This document shows positions 39,494-49,011 of a DNA stretch of 64,000 nucleotides, one piece after another. The first letter of the stretch is position 1; every line of letters begins with the position of its first letter. Location of the stretch: the IMG/VR virus record IMGVR_UViG_3300025120_000019. The stretch is one strand, 5' to 3'. This stretch comes from a virus. The position numbers and the translations under genes were made by a program. The notes beneath the pieces were generated by a model. That model saw only the letters and a program-made list of their open reading frames with translations, did not search any database and had not been told where the DNA came from.

Positions 39494-39522
39494 TTGACAA
39501 GATAAATAAAGTTGTGTAGTAT
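39494..39522 (+). promoter_or_regulatory. Dual promoter for gp32: sigma70 TTGACA-17-TAGTAT with a late TAAATA (39503-39508) embedded in the spacer
   Basis: ttgaca agataaataaagttgtg tagtat, with upstream A tracts. Confidence 0.7.
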
Positions 39523-39582
39523 ATAAACTGTGCTACACAATAAAGGCACAATGCATAGGCAAATTTATAAGGAGGCATAACT

Positions 39583-40563
39583 ATGGCATCATTAGCAGAA
39601 ATACGAGCAAAGCTCAAAGAACAAGAAAATCGTACAGGTGGAAATAACACTGGTGGCGATAACGCAATTTACCCATTTTGGAATATGAAAGAAGGCGAGC
39701 AGGCAACCCTGCGTTTCTTGCCTGACGGAGATGATTCAAACACTTTCTTTTGGAAAGAGCGTTTGATGATTAAACTTCCGTTTGCAGGAGTAAAAGGCGA
39801 TACTGATTCTCGCCCAATTCAAGTACAAGTTCCGTGTATGGAAATGTATGGAGAATCATGTCCTATCTTAGGAGAAGTACGTGGATGGTTTAAAGATCCA
39901 AGTCTTGAAGATATGGGTCGTAAATATTGGAAAAAGCGTTCTTATGTTTTCCAAGGTTTTGTAACAGAAGATCCTCTTGGTGAGGATAAGCCAGAAAATC
40001 CAGTTAGACGTTTCATTATTGGACCACAAATCTTTCAACTTATTAAAGCGGCACTTATGGATCCAGATATGGAAGAATTACCAACAGATTATACTGCTGG
40101 AGTTGACTTCCGTTTATCTAAAGGATCTAAAGGCGGATATGCTGACTACGGTGCAAGTAATTGGGCACGTAGAGAGCGACCACTAGGAGATGCAGAAATG
40201 AAAGCAATCGAAACAAATGGATTGTTTAATTTAAGCGACTTCTTGCCTAAGAAGCCCGAAGATGTTGGGGTTAAAGTTCTTACTGAGATGTTTGAAGCAA
40301 GTGTGGATGGCGAAGCATATGATGCAGAAAAATGGAGCCAATATTTTAGGCCCAGTGGAATGCAAGCACGTACTGGTGATCCTAATAAAGCGGCACATAC
40401 TAAACCTGCTCCAGTAGCAGAAACTCCGGCACCAGCACCAGTTGTTGAAGCAACAGAGCCAGTAGCAACACCTGCTCCTACTCCTACTCCTGCAACAGAA
40501 CAAGCACCTGCTGAAGGCGGAGCCCAAGACATTCTTGCAATGATTAGAGCACGACAACAGTAA
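39583..40563 (+). CDS. Single-stranded DNA-binding protein (T4 gp32-like)
   Basis: LRFLP, C...CP, YWKK.SY, GVDFRL.K, YADY..S.W; Pro/Ala-rich linker; adjacent to uvsX. Confidence 0.9.
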   Translation: MASLAEIRAKLKEQENRTGGNNTGGDNAIYPFWNMKEGEQATLRFLPDGDDSNTFFWKERLMIKLPFAGVKGDTDSRPIQVQVPCMEMYGESCPILGEVRGWFKDPSLEDMGRKYWKKRSYVFQGFVTEDPLGEDKPENPVRRFIIGPQIFQLIKAALMDPDMEELPTDYTAGVDFRLSKGSKGGYADYGASNWARRERPLGDAEMKAIETNGLFNLSDFLPKKPEDVGVKVLTEMFEASVDGEAYDAEKWSQYFRPSGMQARTGDPNKAAHTKPAPVAETPAPAPVVEATEPVATPAPTPTPATEQAPAEGGAQDILAMIRARQQ

Positions 40564-40572
40564 TTATTAATT

Positions 40573-40626
40573 GGGAGTTCCGGCAAAAACCTCCGCACGG
40601 TAACCAGCGAGGTCTCCCTTTATTTC
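40573..40626 (+). other. GC-rich structured intergenic element (terminator-like or cis-regulatory RNA) between gp32 and uvsX
   Basis: GGGAG/CTCCC outer stem, ACCT-c-CGC/GCG-AGGT inner stem, followed by tttatttc. Confidence 0.55.
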
Positions 40627-40641
40627 TACTTAGGAGAAAAT

Positions 40642-41727
40642 ATGGCTAAATCTTTTGACGTTAGCAAGTTCCGTAAGGACTTAACAAAAAGCATCTCAGG
40701 CATGAGTTCCGGCTTTAATGATCCAACTGACTGGATCTCAACAGGATCATATGCACTAAACTATCTAGTAAGTGGTGACTTTAAAAAAGGAGTACCTCTA
40801 GGTAAAGTAACAGTTTTTGCAGGAGAGTCGGGTGCAGGTAAAAGTTATTTTTGTGCTGGTAACATTGTAAAACACGCACAAGATCAAGGTATCTTTGTAG
40901 TATTAATTGACTCAGAGAATGCACTTGACGAAAGTTGGTTACAAGCATTAGACGTTGACACTAGTGAAGAAAAACTTCTTAAACTTAATATGTCAATGAT
41001 CGATGATGTAGCAAAAACTATAAGTACGTTTATGGCAGACTATAAGGCAATGGATGAAACAGATCGTCCTAAGGTATTGTTTGTTATTGATAGCTTAGGT
41101 ATGCTACTAACTCCTACTGATGTTGATCAGTTTAACAAGGGTGATATGAAAGGTGACATGGGTAGAAAGCCTAAGGCACTTACCTCACTTGTTCGTAACA
41201 CAGTTAATATGATTGGTTCACATAATGTAGGACTAGTATGTACCAACCACACTTATGCATCACAGGATATGTTTGATCCAGATGATAAGATATCAGGTGG
41301 ACAAGGCTTTATCTATGCATCAAGTATTGTTGTTGCAATGAAGAAGTTAAAACTAAAAGAAGACGAAGACGGTAACAAAATTAGTCAAGTTATGGGTATT
41401 CGTGCAGGTTGTAAAGTAATGAAGACTCGTTATGCTAAACCATTTGAAGGTGTGCAAGTGAAGATTCCATACGAAACAGGCATGAATCCATATAGCGGAC
41501 TCGTTGAGTTATTTGAAGCTAAGAGCGTAATTGAAAAGCAAGGTAATAGATTAAAATATATTGCTTTAGATGGTACTGAACATCTAGAATATCGTAAGAA
41601 TTGGACAGGCGATCTTCTCGAAATGGTCATGTCGGATTACATTAAAAAACAGGCAACTGAGGTAAATACCGACAACGCAGACATAGAAGCTGTGGATCAT
41701 TACGAGGAGCCTGTTACTAATGGATGA
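40642..41727 (+). CDS. uvsX: RecA-like recombinase
   Basis: GESGAGKS P-loop, IDSENA, VIDSLG, NHTY, SGG.G..YASS. Confidence 0.95.
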   Translation: MAKSFDVSKFRKDLTKSISGMSSGFNDPTDWISTGSYALNYLVSGDFKKGVPLGKVTVFAGESGAGKSYFCAGNIVKHAQDQGIFVVLIDSENALDESWLQALDVDTSEEKLLKLNMSMIDDVAKTISTFMADYKAMDETDRPKVLFVIDSLGMLLTPTDVDQFNKGDMKGDMGRKPKALTSLVRNTVNMIGSHNVGLVCTNHTYASQDMFDPDDKISGGQGFIYASSIVVAMKKLKLKEDEDGNKISQVMGIRAGCKVMKTRYAKPFEGVQVKIPYETGMNPYSGLVELFEAKSVIEKQGNRLKYIALDGTEHLEYRKNWTGDLLEMVMSDYIKKQATEVNTDNADIEAVDHYEEPVTNG

Positions 41728-41950
41728 AGAATTTGTTGCGGACTTATGGAATGTTTTTAAAGATTATCTTGATAAGAAACACGTTGAAATGGCGGCAGAG
41801 AGATTTGTTGATACGCTAATAGACTATGGATTTAAAGATGATCAATTAAATGATTTACTAGGCAATGATAAAACGTTGGATTATGCAATTCAGTATTATT
41901 TAGAAATGGACGATGACGAAGTCGACGAAGACAACGATTGGGATGAATAA
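41720..41950 (+). CDS. Small acidic hypothetical protein
   Basis: GAGGAG SD; TAAATA at 41663-41668 inside the uvsX 3' end. Confidence 0.65.
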   Translation: MDEEFVADLWNVFKDYLDKKHVEMAAERFVDTLIDYGFKDDQLNDLLGNDKTLDYAIQYYLEMDDDEVDEDNDWDE

Positions 41951-42405
41951 TGGGTTGGTACAGTCAAGTATCACGAGATATATCACAAATACCCGGTGCT
42001 ATACAACATTTTGAAGCAGAGCTTACTCAAGCTCGAGCCGAAGTAAAGTTAAAAGGAAGTGTAGAAAAAGCATCTTCTGAAATGCCAGGTATTGTTGAAC
42101 ATAGATTTAATCAATTACAAGAGATCGAAGCAATACTACATTACTTAAATATCGAGCTACGTAGATTGCGTAGCTCGTTTTTTAAGACATATCTTGAAAA
42201 CTATCAACGTGCATTATCTAGTAGAGACGTTGAGAAGTATGTTGACGGCGAAGCAGACGTAGTTGACTATGAAAAGATTATTAATGAATTTGCATTGTTG
42301 AGGAATAAATGGTTAGGTGTATTAAAAGGCTTAGATCAAAAACAATGGCAAATTACTAATATAGTAAAACTCAGAGTTGCTGGAATGGAAGATGCAACTT
42401 TGTAA
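41950..42405 (+). CDS. uvsY: Recombination mediator (UvsY-like)
   Basis: Helical; KYVDGEAD...KGLDQKQWQITNIVKLRVAG C-terminus; synteny with uvsX. Confidence 0.75.
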   Translation: MGWYSQVSRDISQIPGAIQHFEAELTQARAEVKLKGSVEKASSEMPGIVEHRFNQLQEIEAILHYLNIELRRLRSSFFKTYLENYQRALSSRDVEKYVDGEADVVDYEKIINEFALLRNKWLGVLKGLDQKQWQITNIVKLRVAGMEDATL

Positions 42406-42413
42406 ATACTGTT

Positions 42414-43145
42414 ATGACACTAACAGTTATTCTTCCTGCCGCCGGTAAAGGTGCAAGATTAAATTTACCATATCCAAAAGAAATCTTAAGACTTGATAAA
42501 AATCAAGCTTTAATAGATTATAGTTTTGACTTTTTTAAAGACTATACAAAAAACGATGTTGATTTTGTAATTGTAATTAACGAGTATAAAACTGAAATAG
42601 TTGAATACTTGTCAAAATATAAAAACAAGTACAATATTGCATTTGTTTATCAAAATCCTAAAGAATTAGAATACACGGGTGCAATAAAAAGTGCTTATAA
42701 CTGGTTTGGCGAAGATAATCTAGTACTGCTACCTGATACAATTTTAAAATTAAAAAATAACGTAGATTTGTATACAACAGTAAAAGATAGATTAGAAACA
42801 AATGAATTTGTATTTTTTTATAAAAAAGAATCAAATCCATCAATGCTATCAACAAAAGGTGCGTTACAAATAGAAAATAATCTAGTAAAGTTATATGAAG
42901 ATAAGCCTCAAACAAATTTTCAAAATTATAATGCTTATTGGTGTAGTTTTGCTTTTAGGGTTTCTAGTTTTGCTGACTCTATAAGTTATATGGAAAAAAG
43001 TACACTTAATCAAAAATTTAATACTAAACAAATGACGCTTACTCCTTTTTATAATACAGAAGGAATAGAAGTTGACGATTATGTTGATCTAGGAACTTGG
43101 AAAGAAATTAGAAAATTACTTGCATTGCATGAGGACGAACCATGA
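42414..43145 (+). CDS. Sugar-1-phosphate nucleotidyltransferase (RmlA/GalU-like)
   Basis: ILPAAGKGARL..PKEIL, YQ, LLPD, EDKP, DLGT. Confidence 0.85.
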   Translation: MTLTVILPAAGKGARLNLPYPKEILRLDKNQALIDYSFDFFKDYTKNDVDFVIVINEYKTEIVEYLSKYKNKYNIAFVYQNPKELEYTGAIKSAYNWFGEDNLVLLPDTILKLKNNVDLYTTVKDRLETNEFVFFYKKESNPSMLSTKGALQIENNLVKLYEDKPQTNFQNYNAYWCSFAFRVSSFADSISYMEKSTLNQKFNTKQMTLTPFYNTEGIEVDDYVDLGTWKEIRKLLALHEDEP

Positions 43146-44065
43146 AATTTTTTATTCCTGATTCTGTGATAGATAGATATAGCTTTAGGGCTAGAGGAAA
43201 ATTATTATTAGAAAATATGCCAAATAGTCATGGATATATAAAGGATTATAAATTAATTAAAGACACAAATGAATTGTACATTATTAGTAAAGAATTTACT
43301 AATGATATTATAGAACATTGTAATAAAAACAACATAAAGTACGTTTTAGATATATCAGATTATAAATTTTATAAAAATTCAGTATTAGAACTATATAAAA
43401 AAGCTACAGAAAATTGTAAGGCAATAGTTACTACTTGCGATCATCTTGCTGATGAAATAAAGAAAATTTTTGGAAAACCTTGTATTGTGATAGAAGATCC
43501 TACTGAACGTAAACAAATCAAACCAAATAAAAAAATATTTACTAAAAATGATAATATCAACTTAGTAACTTATGGTGCTAGAAAAAACATAGGATCAATA
43601 AACTTTGAAATTTTAAAACAACAATTATTTGACATACATCAAAATATACATTTAAAAATAATTACAAATAAAAGCATAGGAGATCCTACGGAATGGTTCG
43701 AGTGGAGTTTTGATTTACAAGAAAAACTTATGCATGAAGCTGATTTTATAATTTTACCTATTGCTTACACAGAAAAGAAAAAAGCTTTTTTAAAGTCAAA
43801 GGGCAATAATAGACCAATCGATGGTATACAACAAGGAAAATTTGTAATTACAAATAACACAATACCAAGTTATGTAGATTTAAATAATTTCCTTTGGGCT
43901 GGAAATATTGCAGAAGGATTACGCTATGCTATAGATAATCCTAATGAAGTTGTTCAAAAGATCACACTTGGACAAGAACATATTAATAAGTACTACACAC
44001 CTAAACATATAGTAACAAAATGGTTAAATTTAGAAAGGAAGATATTAAATGAAACAAGTTTTTAA
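43142..44065 (+). CDS. Putative glycosyltransferase (GT-B-like)
   Basis: VLDISD, ADFIILP, KGNNR...G..VIT motifs; glycan island context. Confidence 0.55.
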   Translation: MKFFIPDSVIDRYSFRARGKLLLENMPNSHGYIKDYKLIKDTNELYIISKEFTNDIIEHCNKNNIKYVLDISDYKFYKNSVLELYKKATENCKAIVTTCDHLADEIKKIFGKPCIVIEDPTERKQIKPNKKIFTKNDNINLVTYGARKNIGSINFEILKQQLFDIHQNIHLKIITNKSIGDPTEWFEWSFDLQEKLMHEADFIILPIAYTEKKKAFLKSKGNNRPIDGIQQGKFVITNNTIPSYVDLNNFLWAGNIAEGLRYAIDNPNEVVQKITLGQEHINKYYTPKHIVTKWLNLERKILNETSF

Positions 44066-44669
44066 TTATTGGCTTCCTGATTCAGATGTACATTTTGAAA
44101 AAATGATTAATAAACGTATAAGTCAAGGCGGTCCTGCAGAATATCAAGATGATGTTAGAGACGAAGCATATAAGTATGTACAACAATTCAATACAGCAAT
44201 CGATGTTGGTGCAAATGTAGGATTATGGACTGTTCCGTTATCAAAAAACTTTAACAAAGTAATATCGTTTGAGCCTATGACACAAGTTTATGAATGTTTA
44301 TTAGAAAATACAAAAGGTATTGATAATATTATTTTAAATAATTTTGCACTAGGTAGTGAACAAAAAAACGTAGATATGACATATGATCCAAACAATACAG
44401 GAAATAGTTTTATAAATGGTAATGAAGGAAGTATCAAAGTTAAAACACTTGACAAAAGTTTTATGCCTCCATTTGATCTTATAAAAATTGACTGTGAAAG
44501 ACACGAGCTTGAAGTTCTTAAAGGTGCAGTTAACACATTATTAAAATACAAACCTATTATTATTATTGAACAACAACCTATAACTGAAGAATGTGCAGGA
44601 AAATTTTTAAAAGATTTAGGTGCTAAAGAACTTAGTAATGTAAGGAAGGATTATATTTTTGGCTGGTAA
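44049..44669 (+). CDS. FkbM-family methyltransferase
   Basis: IDVGANVG, SFEP, ALG, IKIDCE..ELEVLKGA. Confidence 0.9.
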   Translation: MKQVFNYWLPDSDVHFEKMINKRISQGGPAEYQDDVRDEAYKYVQQFNTAIDVGANVGLWTVPLSKNFNKVISFEPMTQVYECLLENTKGIDNIILNNFALGSEQKNVDMTYDPNNTGNSFINGNEGSIKVKTLDKSFMPPFDLIKIDCERHELEVLKGAVNTLLKYKPIIIIEQQPITEECAGKFLKDLGAKELSNVRKDYIFGW

Positions 44670-45462
44670 CAATAAAACAGTTTTAGTCACTGGCGGCTTT
44701 GATCCAATACATTCAGGGCATCTTGCATATTTCAAAGCGGCTAAAAACTTAGGTAATAGATTAATTGTTGGTGTTAACTCTGATGAATGGTTAACTAGAA
44801 AAAAAGGTAAACCATTTATGCCGCTACAAGAAAGAGTAGAAATAATTAAAGGACTTTCTGTTGTAGATAAAGTTATTAGTTTTAACGATGATGATAATAC
44901 TGCGTCTCATGCTATTTTTAATACAATGTCAACTGAAAGTGGAAAAATTATTTTTGCCAATGGCGGAGACAGAACTGATGTAAACATTCCTGAAATGGAA
45001 GTGTACGGTAATCATCCTGGTGTAGAATTTGTATTTGGTATTGGAGGTGAGGACAAGAAAAATTCTAGCAGTTGGATATTAAAAGAATGGCGGGCACCAA
45101 AAGTAGAACGTGAATGGGGGCATTATAGAGAATTATATCAGGGCGAAGGCTTTCAAGTAAAAGAATTAGTTATTTCACCAAAGAGTAAATTAAGTATGCA
45201 AAGACATAAGTATAGAAGTGAAACATGGAATATTGTTTCTGGTGAAGCATATGTTAAAACGAATGTAACACTATCAGACAATCCATTTGACGGTTGTTCA
45301 ATTTGGAATTTACATCCAAATAATCCTGTAGATATTCCTGTAGGAATATGGCATCAAGGTTGTAATGATACTGATAAGCCTGCACACATAGTCGAAGTGT
45401 GGAAAGGACCAACTGATAAATTAACGGAGAAAGACATTGAACGAGCAGATTACAGAAATTGA
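44659..45462 (+). CDS. Cytidylyltransferase-like (HxGH) domain fused to cupin (phosphomannose isomerase type II-like)
   Basis: TGGFDPIHSGH, GVNSDEWL.RKKG, FANGGDR, SSS; then REWG.Y, LSMQRH.YRSETW, WHQ. Confidence 0.85.
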   Translation: MAGNNKTVLVTGGFDPIHSGHLAYFKAAKNLGNRLIVGVNSDEWLTRKKGKPFMPLQERVEIIKGLSVVDKVISFNDDDNTASHAIFNTMSTESGKIIFANGGDRTDVNIPEMEVYGNHPGVEFVFGIGGEDKKNSSSWILKEWRAPKVEREWGHYRELYQGEGFQVKELVISPKSKLSMQRHKYRSETWNIVSGEAYVKTNVTLSDNPFDGCSIWNLHPNNPVDIPVGIWHQGCNDTDKPAHIVEVWKGPTDKLTEKDIERADYRN

Positions 45463-47203
45463 ACCATTAAAAGTATACGTAGGCTGGGACAGTAGAGAAG
45501 ATATTGCATTTCAAGTTTGTAAACAAAGTATATTAGATCATGCAAGTGTACCTGTTGATGTAATACCTTTAAAGCAAAAAGATTTAAGAAGAGACGGAAT
45601 CTATACAAGAGAAACAGATGCAATGGCTAGCACTGAATTTACCTTTACAAGATTTTTAGTTCCACATTTAAATGACTTTACTGGCTGGGCATTGTTTATA
45701 GATTGCGACTTTGTATTTCTTGATGATATTAAAAAGTTATTTGATCAAGCAAATGATAGTTATGCAGTTATGTGTGCTCATCATGATTATTCTCCTAAAC
45801 AATTAACAAAAATGGACGGACAAGCACAGCATATATATCCAAGAAAAAATTGGTCAAGTTGTGTACTGTTCAATTGCGGTCATCCAAATAACGCACAGAT
45901 AAATTTAGATCTTGTAAATGATCCAAGTAAGGGCGGAGCATATTTTCATAGGTTTAGTTGGTTAGATGATAGTTTAGTTGGCGAATATAGTCATGAGTGG
46001 AATTGGCTTGTTGGCTGGTACGAAGAGCCTACAGATGGTGAGCCTAAAGCATTACATTATACAGAAGGAGGTCCTTGGTTTCCTGAATATGAAAACTGCG
46101 ATTATGCATACCATTGGTATAAAGCAAGAATAAGTTATGAAGAATATCTTAATGTAAAATATAATCAAGCATTAGAGAGTGGAGAAAATAAACGGCAACG
46201 GCAAATGGAAAAGTTCGAAGTCGAACGTTTAAAAACTACAACAGACACGCTAGTCCTTTCGGATCAAAAAAAAAAATTAGTAACTGACTTTATTCATTAC
46301 CTTAAAGACCCTGATGGAACATATTACAAAAGAGAACATAAATGGGAGAATATAATGGCTTTACGAGAACCCAGAGTTGCCGCTTTACATCCTGGTAACG
46401 ACGATGAGTTTGGTTTTAAACCTGAAAAGAAAGGATTTTTGTTTGATGAATATTTAGAAGCATTTGTATTAGGAGCAGATGGTGCTAAATTATCATCGTG
46501 GGAAGCAGAAGAACATACAAAGAATACATTATTAATAAGAGGGTTAGGTAAACAGAGTCAGCTTGCTATAAAACATTGTATGAAAACAGGTAGAGAATTT
46601 TATTATATTGATAGCGGATATATGGGCAATGAAACTACAAAAAGTAAAATATATCATCGTATTACAAAAAACGGTTTACAAAACACTGGACCTATTTTTC
46701 CTAGATCACGTAAAAGGCTTATGCCTCTAAAGTACTCATATTCTCCTTTTAAAATGAAAGGTGAAAAAATACTTTTAGTTCCACCTAGTGATAAAGTTAT
46801 GAAGTTTTGGGGCCAAGAAACACCTAACCAATGGGTTGCAAAAGTTAGTAAAGAATTAAAACAATATACAGATAGACCTATTGAGATTAGATTAAAACCA
46901 AAACGTAATGAACGTATAGCAGATAAAAATATTTTATTTGCATTAAGAGATAACGTATATTGTGTAGTGACTTATAATAGTATAGCCGCAACAGAAGCAC
47001 TACTAAATGGAATACCTGCTATTACTTTAGGAAATAATGCGGCTAGTGTATTGTGTAATGATAAATTAAGCGATATTAATAATTTATATGTTTACGAAGA
47101 AGAACAAATGCTCCAGTATGCGGCTCATTTAAGTTATTGCCAATTTACAAGAAGAGAAATGCAAGATGGCACTGCCTGGGCAATTTTAAATGAAAAGCTA
47201 TGA
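45437..47203 (+). CDS. Fusion: GT8-like glycosyltransferase + capsule-synthesis (KpsS/KpsC-like) domain
   Basis: YVGWDSRE, STEFTFTRF, FIDCD, PRKNWSS, HYTEGGPW; C-terminal IDSGY, IRLKP, VVTYNSIAATEALLNGIP; A11 tract and internal SD+ATG (46355) in the linker. Confidence 0.75.
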   Translation: MNEQITEIEPLKVYVGWDSREDIAFQVCKQSILDHASVPVDVIPLKQKDLRRDGIYTRETDAMASTEFTFTRFLVPHLNDFTGWALFIDCDFVFLDDIKKLFDQANDSYAVMCAHHDYSPKQLTKMDGQAQHIYPRKNWSSCVLFNCGHPNNAQINLDLVNDPSKGGAYFHRFSWLDDSLVGEYSHEWNWLVGWYEEPTDGEPKALHYTEGGPWFPEYENCDYAYHWYKARISYEEYLNVKYNQALESGENKRQRQMEKFEVERLKTTTDTLVLSDQKKKLVTDFIHYLKDPDGTYYKREHKWENIMALREPRVAALHPGNDDEFGFKPEKKGFLFDEYLEAFVLGADGAKLSSWEAEEHTKNTLLIRGLGKQSQLAIKHCMKTGREFYYIDSGYMGNETTKSKIYHRITKNGLQNTGPIFPRSRKRLMPLKYSYSPFKMKGEKILLVPPSDKVMKFWGQETPNQWVAKVSKELKQYTDRPIEIRLKPKRNERIADKNILFALRDNVYCVVTYNSIAATEALLNGIPAITLGNNAASVLCNDKLSDINNLYVYEEEQMLQYAAHLSYCQFTRREMQDGTAWAILNEKL

Positions 47204-48141
47204 AGAAAACTGTTGTAAGTTATTTAACTAGTGTTCCAAGAGGTAATACTAATGTCCAAAAAGAAGAACTGCTAATTAAGTTTTATAATGGTGTTTTACG
47301 TACTGGTGATAGTGCAACGCTACATAGAGATTATCACCCTATAGATTGTGATGCCGCTGTAATACAAGGGTGGGTATATTCAGATGTAAATCCTAGCCAT
47401 TTACAATTAAGAAAAAAAGTAATTAATCATCAAATTAAAAATAATAAACATACTATAGTTGCAGATGCAAATCTATTTTTATATGCTGACAAGAAAAATA
47501 GACATGGATATTTGCGTTATAGTTTGAACGGAGTTTTTCCTAACACAGGAATATATTGCGATGATATTATAGACGAACAAAGATGGAATAAAATATCAAT
47601 CAATAGCGGACTACAATTACAAGATTATAAAAAAGATGGCGATCATATTTTACTACTATTACAAAGGCAAGGTGGTTGGAGTATGAGCGGAGAAAGTGTA
47701 ATTGACTGGACTATTAGCACAATAGAAAAAATTAGGAGTGCTGGTTGTAAAAGAAGAATAAAAATAAGAGCTCATCCAGGCTGTAAACAATCACGTAACT
47801 TTTTTATAGAGCAAAAGAGTAACCCGTTTAGGCACTTGAAAAAAGTTGAAGTTGTGGATCCAAACAACTGGTTACAAAACGATTTACAAAATTGTTATGC
47901 AGTAGTAAACAAAAATAGTAGCGGAATTGTTGGACCAATTATACAAGGCTATCATGCTTTTACTACTGATCCTACAAAAAGTCAATGTGCAGAAGTAAGT
48001 AATCATAGTATATTAGATATTGATAACCCTAAAGAATTTGATAGATTAAAATGGCTTAGGCGTATAAGTATGTTTCATTGGAATTTTCAAGAATTAGAAA
48101 GTGGCGAATGTTGGAACCATATAAGGAACTACTGCCAGTAG
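47200..48141 (+). CDS. Capsule-synthesis-like glycosyltransferase (KpsS/KpsC, GT107-like)
   Basis: ILLLLQR, IRAHPG, AVVNKNSS...IIQG. Confidence 0.55.
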   Translation: MKKTVVSYLTSVPRGNTNVQKEELLIKFYNGVLRTGDSATLHRDYHPIDCDAAVIQGWVYSDVNPSHLQLRKKVINHQIKNNKHTIVADANLFLYADKKNRHGYLRYSLNGVFPNTGIYCDDIIDEQRWNKISINSGLQLQDYKKDGDHILLLLQRQGGWSMSGESVIDWTISTIEKIRSAGCKRRIKIRAHPGCKQSRNFFIEQKSNPFRHLKKVEVVDPNNWLQNDLQNCYAVVNKNSSGIVGPIIQGYHAFTTDPTKSQCAEVSNHSILDIDNPKEFDRLKWLRRISMFHWNFQELESGECWNHIRNYCQ

Positions 48142-48971
48142 TTTTCTTTGCGATTAACCATTAAATCTTTTTGTAAACTTTTACCTGTATTTTTTCTATC
48201 GCCCTTCATATGATCAATATATTTTCCTAATTCAGTATTAATTAACGGATGGCCACCGCCTCCGGTTTTAGCTTCTTTTAAATACATTTCTGCACTATAA
48301 TCCAATACATTATTATCAGTAGCTTTCATTATGTTTAATATATGTCCAAATACATAACTATCATGCCATTCTTCTAATTTAAAAATTCCATTCTCAGCGT
48401 CTTCATAAAATCTTTCAAATTCTTTTAAGAACTGTACACACATTGAATGATTTTTATTCATACCGTAGAATCCGCACTCTGGCCATGTTTGTGATCCTTT
48501 ACCCCTGCCCACATAAGTTAACCATTTATCATTTGGTAGTAAAGATTCAAATTGCTTTTGTGACCAATTGCTATGAACAAATGTATCTGCGTCCATCCAT
48601 ACACACCAATCTGTACTTCGTTCAAATGCATCTAATACTGCATAAACTTTATTAGCAAAGCGTACAGCATTCCATTTAAATTCTTTATGATGATCTCGAG
48701 GTCTACGAGCTTTAATATCGTCTGGCGGAATGCCATTTGCTTTTGGAACATCTTTCCAGCGTTTTTTGAACTCCATAAGTTTAGGTAATAGTTGTCTTGT
48801 CTGAAGTTCAAAAACACGATGTCTTCCTACAATAGCCGGAAAGCAATCTTCTGCATACACAAATAACTTGATAGATTCGTCAACATTTTCTTCAAACGAT
48901 TCGATAAATCTCTGTCCGTATAAATCCATTCCTTGTTTATTGAATGTTGTTACCACAGTTATTGCTGACAT
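48129..48971 (-). CDS. GT-A fold glycosyltransferase; start refined to ATG 48971 (MSAITVVTTF)
   Basis: AVRFANKV, WMDAD (DxD), ECGF, WHDSYVF, HMKG. Confidence 0.7.
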   Translation of the reverse strand: MSAITVVTTFNKQGMDLYGQRFIESFEENVDESIKLFVYAEDCFPAIVGRHRVFELQTRQLLPKLMEFKKRWKDVPKANGIPPDDIKARRPRDHHKEFKWNAVRFANKVYAVLDAFERSTDWCVWMDADTFVHSNWSQKQFESLLPNDKWLTYVGRGKGSQTWPECGFYGMNKNHSMCVQFLKEFERFYEDAENGIFKLEEWHDSYVFGHILNIMKATDNNVLDYSAEMYLKEAKTGGGGHPLINTELGKYIDHMKGDRKNTGKSLQKDLMVNRKENYWQ

Positions 48972-48985
48972 TTTGTTTCCCTTGT

Positions 48986-49008
48986 TAAATAGTGTACTGG
49001 AGTATTTA
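48986..49008. promoter_or_regulatory. Crossing late promoters (plus TAAATA 48986-48991; minus TAAATA 49003-49008)
   Basis: Located in the 40-nt gap between two divergent glycosyltransferase genes. Confidence 0.6.
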
Positions 49009-49011
49009 CTT

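Noticed and set aside
40573-40626. HDV-like (theta) ribozyme or tRNA interpretation of the intergenic structure
   Set aside because: ACC-UCCGCAC-GGU resembles P3/L3, but no P1 or P2 partners could be found; no cloverleaf.
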